Shown: positions 37,001 to 48,921, numbered from the whole stretch's first letter. The stretch is DNA of 63,728 bases, filler included, from Hyphochytrium catenoides (GCA_900088475.1; 10 parts of 10 records of this genome joined end to end with filler, not necessarily neighbours in it); one strand, 5' to 3'. Notes: generated from the sequence alone by a model not told the origin. Made by a program: numbers and translations.

Positions 37001-38062
37001 TCACTCTTCTTCTCTTCCTTGGCATCTACCTCAGCACAAAGTGCTGTGGAGTTTGGTGTCACCTCACTAGCCTCGTTTCTCCTGCTCCTCCGCAGATCCA
37101 AGCCCTGTGTCATCCAAGGACAACTCAGCCCGTTGCTCTACAGGTAGAGGACCTTGACCTCTGAGACAGCGGGCGAAGGGCGTGGCCTAATACCCAGAAC
37201 GCGAGGCAGTGGCTATAAGCTGTCCCTCATTCTAGAATGAAGATAGCCCACCCCAGTCTCTTGGCCACGAAAATGCAAAAGCCTCCTCGGGGCCAAGCCG
37301 TAGCCTAGCGCTTTGTCAGAACTATCTTCGTATACATTGAAGTGAGCTCCGTGGTGTTCGCTTTCTTGAGCTCGCGCTAAGGGAAGAGAGAGGTCAAACC
37401 TGAGAGAAATGAAACCAACTGAAAGCCATTGCATGATGAGGCTCCACCTACAATCCCCTTATAAGACCCTTGCATGACTCATAAGCTTCCTAGAACTATT
37501 GGGAGGAGACAATGAATGACTTGTGGCTTCGCGTCATGCTCTTCTTCAAGGAGAAATTATGATGGCAAGAGCGGCACGGCCATCGGGCGCGCCAATCACC
37601 TAGAGTTTTTCTATAAACAATCGCCGGCAAGTAGCGGAACGTACAGCACAAGAACTACAGGGAAAGAGAGCCGCAAACGGCAGGAGCTTCGTGATGCTTG
37701 GCTGATCTCTGTTCAGCTGTCAAAAGGGAAGCTTCAAGAGCTCCAGGAAGGGCACCAGGGATCACGCCGACGGGGCAAGCGGATGATGGACAGCCTTCAA
37801 ACAGGCCAAGCAAGCTCGTTCATTATCCCCTTTGTGATGCTAGGCAGAAGGCAGGAGCAGTCTGGCCAGACCGACGGAGCTTCGAAAGACGTAGCGCTCC
37901 TCTTCTCTGGCAGTCGGCAGCCACACCCTTCCTTGGTCAGTGCTACGGCGCGGCACCGGGCACTATGCCCCCTCTGAAGAGGCTTGATCAAGGACTGATC
38001 CCGTTGTGACCCATCGAGCTCCTTAAGTCGGGTGCCAAGAATTGTCGCATCTGCCACTCACA

Positions 38063-41000
38063 ATGCCCAGCAGGGCCACTGTGAATGCATGTCTTGGAGG
38101 GATGGCTGGCCGAGCTTACCACTGTGGGAAATGGACTAAGGCGACCACTGGTAGGATGACATCACGGGCTGTCAGGAGGCCCCACTGCATCAGAGCGTAC
38201 ACCGAGCTCACGAGTCTTTTGGGTTGGAGCTCTACCAGGGAAAGATGCACAGGCCAACGGGTGGACCCATCGAGAGAACTCTGTCAGCGGACATTTGCAA
38301 CAGCACTGGCTAGGACGAAGATGAGAGGCGCCCGTACCTCTGCGCTGCAGCACACGAAGGATTCGCCGGCTACGGATCGAGTTCACTTACCATCAGTTGG
38401 GGCCCTTATTGAACTGATCGCCAAGTATGGCGCTCAGAAAAATATTCGGGCCATTGAGAATGTTTTATACAAGCGCATGCCTGAGGCTGGCGTGGAGCCC
38501 AGCGAGATCATCTGTTCTGAGGTTCTGAAGGCGTACATCAAGGCCGGTAAGCTTGAGNNNNNNNNNNNNNNNNNNNNNNNNNNNNNNNNNNNNNNNNNNN
38601 NNNNNNNNNNNNNNNNNNNNNNNNNNNNNNNNNNNNNNNNNNNNNNNNNNNACAAGCGCATACCAGAGGCTGGTGTGAAGCCCAGTGATATCACCTGCTC
38701 TGAGGTTCTGAAGGCGTACATCAAGGCCGGGGAGCTCGAGAAGGCAGAGACGTTTTTGCGTGACGGAATGCTCTCTTTAGGAGTAAAGCTGAGTGCTACT
38801 CACTTCACCCAGCTCCTGGGAGGCTATGGTTCTCTGGGTAAGTTGCAGGCAATGGAGGAGATCCTGTACAAGCGCATGCCTGAGGCTGGTGTGAAGCCCA
38901 ATGGGATCAGCTGCTCTGAGGTACTGAAGGCGTACATCAAGGCCAGAGACCTCGAGAGGGCAGATGTATTTCTACGTGAGGGAATGCTGTCGCTAGGAGT
39001 AAAGCCAAGTGCTATTCACTTCACCCAGCTCCTGGGAGGCTACGCTTCTGTGGGTAAGTGGCAGGCTATGGAGGACATTCTTTACAAGCGCATGCCTGAG
39101 GCTGGCGTGAAGCCGAATGAGATCACCTGCTCTGAGGTTCTGAAGGCGTACCTAAAGGGTGAACAATTCGAAAGGGCAGAGACATTTCTGCGCGACGAAA
39201 TGCTGTCCCTAGGAGTAAAGCCAAGTGCTTTTCACTTCACCCAGCTCCTGGGAGGCTACGCTTCTGTGGGTAAGTGGCAGGCGGTGGAGGGAATCCTGCA
39301 CAAGCGCATACCTGAGGCTGGTGTGAAGCCGAATGAGATCACCTGCTCTGAGGTTCTGAAGGCGTACCTAAATGGTGAACAATTCGAAAGGGCAGAGACA
39401 TTTCTGCGTGACGAAATGCTGTCGTTAGGAGTAAAGCCAACTGGGTTCCACTTCACCCAGCTCCTGGGAGGCTATGGTTCTGTGGGTAAGTGGCAGGCTA
39501 TGGAGAATATCCTGTACAAGCGCATGCCTGAGGCTGGTGTGAAGCCCAGTGATATCACCTGCTCTGAGGTTCTGAAGGCGTACATCAAGGCCGGTAAGCT
39601 TGAGAGGGCCGAGGCATTTCTACGNNNNNNNNNNNNNNNNNNNNNNNNNNNNNNNNNNNNNNNNNNNNNNNNNNNNNNACAAGCGCATGCCTCAGGCTGG
39701 TGTGAAGCCCAATGATATCATCTGCTCTGAGGTTCTGAAGGCGTACATCAAGGCCGGGGAGCTCGAGAAGGCAGAGACGTTTTTGCGTGACGGAATGCTC
39801 TCGTTAGGAGTAAAGCTGAGTGCTACTCACTTCACCCAGCTCCTGGGAGGCTATGGTTCTCTGGGTAAGTTGCAGGCTATGGAGGAGATCCTGTACAAGC
39901 GCATGCCTGAGGCTGGTGTGAAGCCCAATGGGATCAGCTGCTCTGAGGTTCTGAAGGCGTACATCAAGGCTGGTGAGCTCGAGAGGGCCGAGACATTTCT
40001 GGATGACAGAATGCTGTCACTAGGAATAAAGCCAACTGCTATTCACTTCACCCAGCTTCTGGGAGACTACGCTTCTGTGGGTAAGTGGCAGGCGGTGGAG
40101 GGAATCCTGCACAAGCGCATGCCTGAGGCTGGTGTGAAGCCCAATGAGATCACCCGCTCCGAGCTACTGAAGGCGTACATCAAGGCTGGAGAGCTCGAGA
40201 GGGCAGAGGCATTTCTGCGTGAAGGAATGCTGTCGCTAGGAGTAAAGCCAACTGTTATTCACTTCAACCTGCTCCTAGGAGGCTATGGTTCTGTGGGTAG
40301 GTGGCAGGTTATGGAGGACATTCTTTACAAGCGCATGCCTGAGGCTGGCGTGAAGCCCGACGAGATCAGCTGCTCTGAGGTACTGAAGGCGTACATCAAG
40401 GGTGGAGAGCTCCAGAAGGCAGAGGCATTTCTACGTGACGGAATGCTGTCGCTAGAAGTAAAGCCAAATGCTTTTCACTTTACCCAGCTGCTGGGAGGCT
40501 ACGGTTCGCGGGGTAAGTGGCAGGCTATGGAGGAGATCCTGTACAAGAGAATGCCTGAGGCTGGCGTGAAGCCCGATGAGATCAGCTGCTTGGAGGTACT
40601 GAAGGCGTACACCAAGGCTGGTGAGCTTGAGAGGGCCGAGATATTTCTGCGTGAAGGAATGCTGGCGGTAGGAGTAAAGCCTAATGCTTTCCACTTTACC
40701 CAGCTCCTGGAAGGCTACGGTTCTATGGGTAAGTGGCAGGCTATGGAGGAGATCCTGTACAAGAGAATGCCTGAGGCTGGTGTGAAGCCCAATGGGATCA
40801 GCTGCTCTGAGGTACTGGAGGCGTTTCTCAAGGCCGGTGAGCTGGAGAGGGCAGAGACATTTCTGCGTGACGAAATGCTGTCTCTAGGAGTAAAGCCAGA
40901 TGCTATTCACTTCAACCTGCTCCTGGAAGGCTATGGTTCTGTGGGTAAGTGGCATACAATGGAGGAGATCCTGTGTAAGCGCATGCCTGAGGCTGGTGTG

Positions 41001-41107
41001 AAGCCCGATGAGATTAGCTGGTCTGAGGTACTGAAGGCGTACATTAAGGCGGGAGAGCTCAAAAGGGGCGAGACATTTCTGCGTGAGGGAATGCTGGCGC
41101 TAGGAGG
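38063..41107 (+). CDS. Intronless pentatricopeptide-repeat (PPR) protein built of 216-bp tandem units; 3' end truncated
   Basis: Alternating motifs EITCSEVLKAYIKAGELERAETFLRDGMLSLGVKPx and AIHFTQLLGGYGSVGKWQAMEEILYKRMPEAGVKPx fit the PPR consensus. Unit starts 38654, 38870, 39086, 39302, 39518 (period 216). At least 20 complete motifs are visible. The frame change at 39625-39678 lies in an N gap. Confidence 0.93.
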
Positions 41108-41207
41108 NNNNNNNNNNNNNNNNNNNNNNNNNNNNNNNNNNNNNNNNNNNNTTAATTAATTAANNNNNNNNNNNNNNNNNNNNNNNNNNNNNNNNNNNNN
41201 NNNNNNN

Positions 41208-44200
41208 TGCCTTTCGAGGAGAATCCACATCGTAACAAGAGAGGAAAGACGGTGCGGGATATCGCCTGTCTAAAAGTGCGACAGCACGCCCAAATGATAG
41301 CTGACCCGCAGTGATATCTTCGAAGGGAGAGGGAGAATTTCCTATCGCAGGTCTGACACAAAGGAGTCAGCTCATCCCTGAGCCTCACTGGCGCCGCCGA
41401 GAGGTTCTCCAACATGATCAGCACCAGGTCAAAAGAATTCATCGTTTCTGCGACTCTGATAGGCGTTCTTCCTGCTGCATCAGGCTGATAGAGTATTGAC
41501 TGTGGGCACATGAAGATCCACCCTCGCAGGATTTAGCAGATCCACAACTTACAATGTGGACGAATGCGCCGTGCCTCACCAGGGCCAGAGCTAGGGCCCT
41601 ATGCCCACTACTGATAGCCAGATGAAGGGAGGTGCTCCCATCAGCAGCTCTCGTGTTCAACTCCGCTCCATGACTTTTAAAGAGAGATATTATCGACTCC
41701 GGCGCGTCGTGGTTAAGGCAGAACAGATGCAGAGGAGTGTAGCCTGTTCGCTGTGATCAGCAAGATATAGTAGCCTTGAAGGTCATAGGACGAAGATCGA
41801 AGCTATAGGTCCTCCTTTTAATTGGGAATGAGATAGGGAAGCCATTCAAGATGGGCAAGCAATGATAGGGAGCGAATGGAGCGACAGTTTATGCTGCTCA
41901 CCTACCAAGCATATTTCGCTTATTGGGATCAGCACCAGCTTCTAGCAGCACCTGGACAGTCTTTTCACAGGATGTAACGTCACATTGCACGGCGTTATGC
42001 AAGCACGTGTTTCCCTTCATGTCGTCTGCTTCCAATAGCCGCTCATATATTCTCGAGGAGTCGCTAAGAGGTTGTCCTGGCTCAAGGACTTGGTCGTCTA
42101 GGTCTTCGGCTGCCTTCAAAAGCATCAATAGTACAGCGGAATGCCCTTCTGCCGCCGCCAATAGTAATGCTGTGCTGCCCTAAGCGTGACAATCATGTGT
42201 TAGCTCCTACCCTGCCTACCACAGGACAGCGCTAGAGAGACCTGGTCATCCCTCGCCAACAGCTGAGGTTGTGGCTGTGTCCTTAAAAGAGCAGAAACTA
42301 CGCCGACTAGTCCCCTTTCAGAGGCAACATGCAAAGGAGTTTGAGCTCGACAATTAGCAATATTCGAGTCTGCTCCAAAAGCTAGAAGCTCTTCTGCCAT
42401 TCCCTAATGATAAGAAAATAACGGTAGCCAAGTTAGCCTCTCTTTGAGCACCACTTCTACGTGACCCACAAACAAACGTCTACCTGTTCTTCTATCAAGT
42501 GCAGCGGGGAGTTGCCGTCAAGGTCTTGCAAGTTCACTAGGCTCTTAGAAATGCGCGTTTTTCTAACGAAGTCTACTCTGCCAAACTCTGCCACCAGATG
42601 TAATACTGTCCGCTTCTTAGGCCCAAAGAAATGACTTCCTGAAGAAGAAAAGGAGAGGGTGTCAAGAGCTGTAGGGATCCTGAGCCTGCTCCCTATGAAG
42701 CTCACCGAAGTCTCTGATTGTCCAAAGAGCGAGAACATTGTCAATGGAGCCAACGGCCAGTGCCAATAAGAAGACGCTTTCAAGGAAGGTTATGCTCGTA
42801 AGATCCTCATCAGCGGCCACTGCCTTCAGACAAGTAGCGATGGCCTCAGCAACTCTCTCGGACAACTTGGCATCGGACAACGCCTCGCCTTTTAGCACAG
42901 TAGCGATGATATTGACGTCTCTTGTTTTAACTGCGATACACAACGGTAGGATGTCTTCCTCGTCTGTAACGGGAGGAGTGGAGATCGAACTCAGAGATTT
43001 CTTCAATGTTAATTAGGGCATTCAAGTACACAAACCACTTTCGTTGACTTTGGCGCCACGTGCCAAAAAATGCTCGACGAGCTCCAAGCTTTTCATCTTG
43101 ATGGACTCAATCAGTGGTGTTGAAGAGCGTTCTTTCACTAAGACGGCCTAAGAAAACAAGTGTTTGGGTTCACGACGAGCAAGAGTATTTGTCTAACAGC
43201 GGAAGACCGAATAAAGAGCACGCCAACCGAGACTATAATGGGCGGGCACGTAGTACGAACAATTAGACCTAACCTTCCGTTCTAAGCCCAGCGATGAGGA
43301 GGAATCCCTCAGCAGGTCCCAGACAGCTGAACTGTCCACTCCACGGAGCTGCTCCAGGCACTTCTTCTGGACTTGTCTGGTGAACATTAATGCTCGCCTT
43401 TCAGGGGTAGTATTTCCCTCTCCAGCACCAATCTGCCCAATGCCGTCCGGAGCTGGGTCCTCGACGCCCACAATGCGGTCCACAACACCAAGCACGAGAG
43501 AAAGATGCTCCGTATTCACCCCTTTCTGGAGTCGCTCCGCGCAACGGATGCAGAGATCTGGTATGCCTACATGGAACGTCACGTCATGGTAGAGCTAATG
43601 GACTTATAGCTTTCGCAAAGGCCTCTGGATACCATAGGCGTATGAGGCTTCAAGAAGCTCCAGTTGGAAGCGCGTGGTTCCTGTCCGTCCTCTCGCTGCC
43701 TCTAGCACGTCAAAACAGTGCTGGCGGGTAAGAAATGGGGGCTTTTCCAATACAGTAACTGGCTTGAAAAGTGTTGAGCTCCTAGAAGGATTAAGATGGA
43801 TGTTTATCAAATGCATCATCCCACGAAAAGGATAGGCACTGCCTCACCCATCTTCTCTACTAGGGAGCTCCGTCCTCTTTGTATAGAGAAAGAGCAGCAA
43901 AGTCAAGAAGACTTCCAGCGGCACATTAGTGACCGGGATCTGCAGGAGAGGTATTGGGCCTAAGTAGGACGCTGAAGAGCTAAGACTATCCGCCTCTGCA
44001 CGTAGGAAAGCCAGTCTGTAGCGCGTGGAGCTGTTTGTTAAGGGCAATTACGTACTTTAGAGGACTAGTTTCTGGGTTGTAACCCTACCGAAAGGCATCG
44101 CTATTTAGAGCCAAGACAAATCTGTGAGCTGGCACAAGGACCTGCTGACCCTCCGAAGAATCGTTTCTCTCCTCGTTGCTCTTAGGTTTCTCCTCTCTGC

Positions 44201-44912
44201 AAGCATGGTGTTAATACCTCACTAGAAGCTTCATACGCCGCAAGAGAGAACCTGGACTCTTCCTGAAAGGATTGCTGCTGTCGGCAGACAAATACTACAT
44301 CACTGAGATAAGGATTAAATAGCAGACCCTGAGCCTTGGCATCCAAAGAGCCCTCCACGAGTGGAGCTAGTTCCATGCTCTTGACACCCTTCTCTGCTGC
44401 TGTTATTGCGCCATATTGCCTCTGAAGCAGACCTCCCAGACGGAGGAAGAAGAGTAATGGAAGATGCGGACGGGTGACACAGGCAGACGGAGCTCCGTCT
44501 CCACTGTTGATGAAAGCCGATTCTGATCCCTCTTCCTTCAAGTACAAGTACCAGTTCATCTCGCATAGATCTACTTAACTTAGTGGAAGCTCACAAACGA
44601 CCAAAGAAAGACGGGTTACAGAGTAACCAAACAAGTATCTGTTTGTTCTTGGAATTGTACTTTATAAAAATAAACTGTCAATGAAGATTGGACTTGAAGG
44701 TTGAAGATTGGTGGAGCCTCCTCAAAACCCAAGGCGAAAGCTTTCTCATCTGGACGTTCAAGGCTGCAGAGAATCTTCGTGCGCCGCTTGGGGAGAGGTC
44801 GCGTCTTGCATTTCGCGACATTGCCCACAAAGCCCCTTTCCGTGATTAGTTGGTCTATTGGAAGGCCAACGTTCTGTCTTCCACCAATGTGTGCTGATGG
44901 CAGCCTGGGCAC
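41208..44912 (-). CDS. BTB/POZ, ankyrin repeat and FYVE-like zinc finger protein (rabankyrin-5/ANKFY1-like architecture), partial
   Basis: BTB: LLFNPYLSDVVFVC and VTNVPLEVFLTLLLFLYT. Ankyrins: DGNSPLHL, AQTPLHVASERG, GNTCLHNAV..LLEAGADPNKRN, DGSTSLHLAISSGH. FYVE-like CQTCDRKFSLSLRRYHC near 41310-41360. Confidence 0.78.
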
Positions 44913-46798
44913 GGTCTACGTAAGACAGTTAGGCAACGGGCTAGTGCAGATGTATTAGAGGAGAGACTACGGCGCCGGTCTTATGACGGGAAGATGCCTC
45001 AGCGCCTCTTTCGCCCAAAAAGAAGTGAGCAAAGAGTTTGTAGAACATTCTCTGTTCGTACTAGGGAGGAAGGGTTCAATGACCNNNNNNNNNNNNNNNN
45101 NNNNNNNNNNNNNNNNNNNNNNNNNNNNTTAATTAATTAANNNNNNNNNNNNNNNNNNNNNNNNNNNNNNNNNNNNNNNNNNNNTGAGGCGACGGTCATT
45201 GTCTCTGTTGGATGCGCAAGTTGAAGCGGTAAGAAGGGAGGTCAAGCGAAATATGCAAAGCTCAAAGCCTGGCCTACGCCGTGAGCAGCTCGACTTACCC
45301 TGCGCGAGGGCTCGCAGTGCCTTCACGCTGGAGAGAGCTGCGTGACTTGGGCTTCGCGGGAGAGGAGTCCTCGCGGCCGCTGCTATCCTCGGAATCACTG
45401 CGAGGCATGGCAAGCAGCGCAGTCACTTCCTTCCAAGCTAAATCCACCCGTTGCAATAACGTGAGCCGAACAGGCCAGTAGCTCTTGTGCCGTCTACGGT
45501 GCTGCCGCGCGGATCTCTGTCTCCTCGCCCTAAGTCCAGGCCCGCGATGTCCGATGAGGAGAAAGAGGAAGAAGAGACAGTGCACTTGCATGCCCGCGGG
45601 CATCGCTCTCCTGCTGTCTCGGACCTTCCGCTCTTCGCCTGTAACGGACACTTCTCTCTCTCCCAACCCGTTAAAGCCCGTTATTACAAATAGCATCATC
45701 CACAATGAAGGCTATCGCTGATATAATGATCTTTATGGAGAATGCGGGCCTTGAAGCTCCATCCTTAAATTTTGGAGAAAACTTTTTCTCTTTCCAGATC
45801 TTCTGCAGATTTTAGCTGTGGAGCTTGCCAAGCGGGAGGAAGAGAGACCAAAGTGCGACGCAGGACAGATGGGAGAGGCCCAAGAAGAAGAGAGAGCAAG
45901 AGAGAGAGAGGAAAGAGAGAGTCTACTCTTAGATGGAGGCTTTTTGTAGGCTGTTACGCCAGGATAAGAAGAGGATGGACGAAGGTCTTTTTCAGTTGCA
46001 TCTCTTTTGCCAATGGCGGGAACGGGACCTTTGCCCTTTACCATCGAAGTTCCTGCTTGATGTCTCAGTTCTAGCTTAGTAGGAAGGAACAACGGGAAGG
46101 AAAGACTGGGATCATTGAGAGTCCTCAGCAGTTGGCATATCGGCCTAGGTGCTGGAGCTGCGACCTCCGATTTGCTACGAAATCGCGCAGCTTGTTAGTT
46201 GTTTTGTGTCACTTGACTTGCTTGGTGCACGTGATATCTATCTTTAGGACGGTATGCTAAGCTGCATCTGTAACCCTACTCTCAGCGCGATCTCCAGCTC
46301 TTTACCTTCTCACCACTAAGTTATTGTTCTCTTTTAACGGAAGTGGGCGAACCAGCTGGTCACAGTCACCGCACGCTTTAGCAGCTAGAGAGGAAGTCAC
46401 GCTCGGCAATTGATTTAGTCATTCTCTTATGTTAAGAGACGTTGCTTGTAGACCCGTGGCCAAGAGCAGAGGTGGCATCAGACACGTCCACTCGATGGCG
46501 GAGATTCTATAAATACGAAGCTTATAAATATTGTACGTCCTTGACTTTTCAAAGAGACCAGGACGAGCCCTGAGTTATTGCAGACAACGGTAGAGTCTGA
46601 TACATCTCATCGCCTGTGCCCCAAGCAGTGCTTGAGATGAAGAGAAGTGCAGATCCATGACTGCTCCCTCAGGGGACGGCAGCTTGCATAACACAGAGNN
46701 NNNNNNNNNNNNNNNNNNNNNNNNNNNNNNNNNNNNNNNNNNTTAATTAATTAANNNNNNNNNNNNNNNNNNNNNNNNNNNNNNNNNNNNNNNNNNNN

Positions 46799-47600
46799 CT
46801 ATAGTATTGCCACGCCACGGCCCACGGTTATTGGGATCAACAATAAAAATCTCTCTCCTTCACTTCTTCTGAAAACTCAATTCTAAAGACTCAGCACCGT
46901 CATCCTCCAACTATAGTATTGCCACGCCACGGCCCACGGTTATTGGGTTTATTGTCCGATAAAAATCTCTCTCCTTCAAATCTGAAGTCTCAATTCTGAA
47001 GACTCAGCACCGTCATCCTCTAACTATAGTATTGCCACGCCACGGCCCACGGTTATTGGGATCAACAATAAAAATCTCTCTCCTTCACTTCTGAAAACTC
47101 AATTCTAAAGACTCAGCACCGTCATCCTCTAACTATAATATTGCCACACCACGGCCCACGGTTATTGGGTTTATTGTCCGATAGAAAACCTCTGTCCTTC
47201 AATTCTGAAGACTCAGCGCCTTCATCCTGTAACTTATTATTGCCACGCCGCCACGGCCCATGATATTATTGAAGACTCCCGCACCGTCATCGCCTACCCT
47301 CCTAACCGTGCCTCGGGCTATGATTGCATCGCGGGCTCCTGAAGCCGCAACACCGTCACCATCTATTTGAATAATATAGCCCGTGGTTGAAATATAGCCA
47401 CGCCACGGGCTACGTCATCGCCTACTCCTATCGCAATGCCACCGCGATTAGATTGAAGACTCAACAATGCGCCATCATCCATCTCATTGCCACGTCACGG
47501 CCAATAATCCTATGATTGCATCGCAGGCTCATCAAGACGGAGAGTCAAGCACCGTCATCATCTATCTAACAGCCACGCCACGTTCTATAATTGCATCAAC
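46799..47600. repeat. ~100-113 bp tandem satellite with alternating A/B units that decays rightward
   Basis: Units start at 46799, 46911, 47024, 47133 and 47233 with CTATAGTATTGCCACGCCACGGCCCACGGTTATTGGG. Units 1 and 3 continue ATCAACAATAAAA; units 2 and 4 continue TTTATTGTCCGATA. Fragments GCCACGCCACG and GAAGACTC..CACCGTCATC persist to ~47585. Confidence 0.92.
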
Positions 47601-48436
47601 GCCGGCTTTTGCGGGTAGAAGCCGCCGTTGCAGCGGTCCTTAGTCCTTAGTGGCTGCATTGCCAGGTCTATTCATGAGCCATCTTCCTAGTAGCAGCCAA
47701 ATTCTTGCTCCTGCTCATGTGCTGAACTGCGCTTCTCTGGCTCAAAGACAAGGGAAACTTCTCGGCACTGGGCAGCATCGTGTCCCCGTCTTCTCTCTCT
47801 TTCCGCGCTTGTAACCAGAGCGGCGGGGTCTTTTCTCTCTTGTGAGTCACACTATCGTCTCTCTCTCGTTTTGGTGGCTTCTACTCTTGGCGGTAGGAGG
47901 TCTGAGTGGCGTGAACTGTTCATCTCCGTCTCCTCTTTCTATTGGCTCTGTCTCTCTCTCTCCTCGAAATCAGCACTCTTCTCTCTTCCAAAGGAGAGAG
48001 AGAGACACACACAGGTCCCTTATGAAGCCTAAACAAAAGAGAGAAGAAACAAAGACCGCAATATCACACTGGTCGAAGACGAAAGAAGAAAATAGCTGAG
48101 CAAATAAGAGAAACTTGGGCGAGAATCAGAAAGGAATAGAGCCAGAGGCCAGGAGGAGTGACCAGACAGAGGGAGAGAGAGGGAGAGAGAGAGAGAGCGA
48201 GAGACGCAGAAAAGGAGCTCTCTCTCTCTTCTACTTATCGCTCATTTGTTTTTCTCTAACTTCACAAAGAAACCTTGCTCACAACCAACTCTATCCATAA
48301 AGTTGGCCGCGTAGGGCCCAGAGAGAGAGAGAGCGGATCCCTTTTGTCCCGGTCTCTCCCCCTGCCGCTCTCCTCCTTGCACTCTTGTCCCTGTCTCCGC
48401 AATCCTATTGTTGACAATCCACTTGCTCTCTCTCCA

Positions 48437-48483
<47 letters not shown>

Positions 48484-48708
48484 CTCTTTCTTGCTCCATC
48501 TCTCTCTCTCTACTCTGTCTATTCGTTTGGGTCCCAGGGTTAGAGGAAGGTTACGGAGTGTCAAAAAAGCTTGTGAGATCCATTTAAGGCTGACAATAAC
48601 TCTCAGAATAAGTTCGAGCAACTCTGACCCACAGAGAGAGTCACTCCTCTCTTCTTTCTCTCTTCCAATGCTTCTCCACAGCTTTGCTCAAGAGCAGAAG
48701 GAGCTCTT

Positions 48709-48775
<67 letters not shown>

Positions 48776-48789
48776 TTGCGGTCGCCATA

Positions 48790-48876
48790 CTACTCTTGCA
48801 GATATTCTCGTACAGAGCTGTGACGAGGGAGGCAGGCAGGTAGGAAAAATGTAAGAGGCAACGAGCGACAGAGAGA

Positions 48877-48921
<45 letters not shown>

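Noticed and set aside
39600-39715. Programmed frameshift or two separate PPR genes
   Set aside because: The frame change falls inside an N gap whose length breaks the 216-bp period.
8009-46754. Recurrent TTAATTAATTAA palindrome as a biological motif, and gene clustering across it
   Set aside because: It is always centred in 100-bp N blocks and is an assembly linker. Neighbouring scaffolds are unrelated, so no multi-gene system can be inferred across it.
46799-47260. CRISPR-like array (37-bp conserved block with intervening sequence)
   Set aside because: The intervening parts are homologous and alternate A/B rather than being unique spacers. The context is eukaryotic and no cas genes are present.
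47675-48600. Small plus-strand spliced gene
   Set aside because: Some GT/AG sites and pyrimidine tracts are present, but there is no recognisable product or consistent frame.
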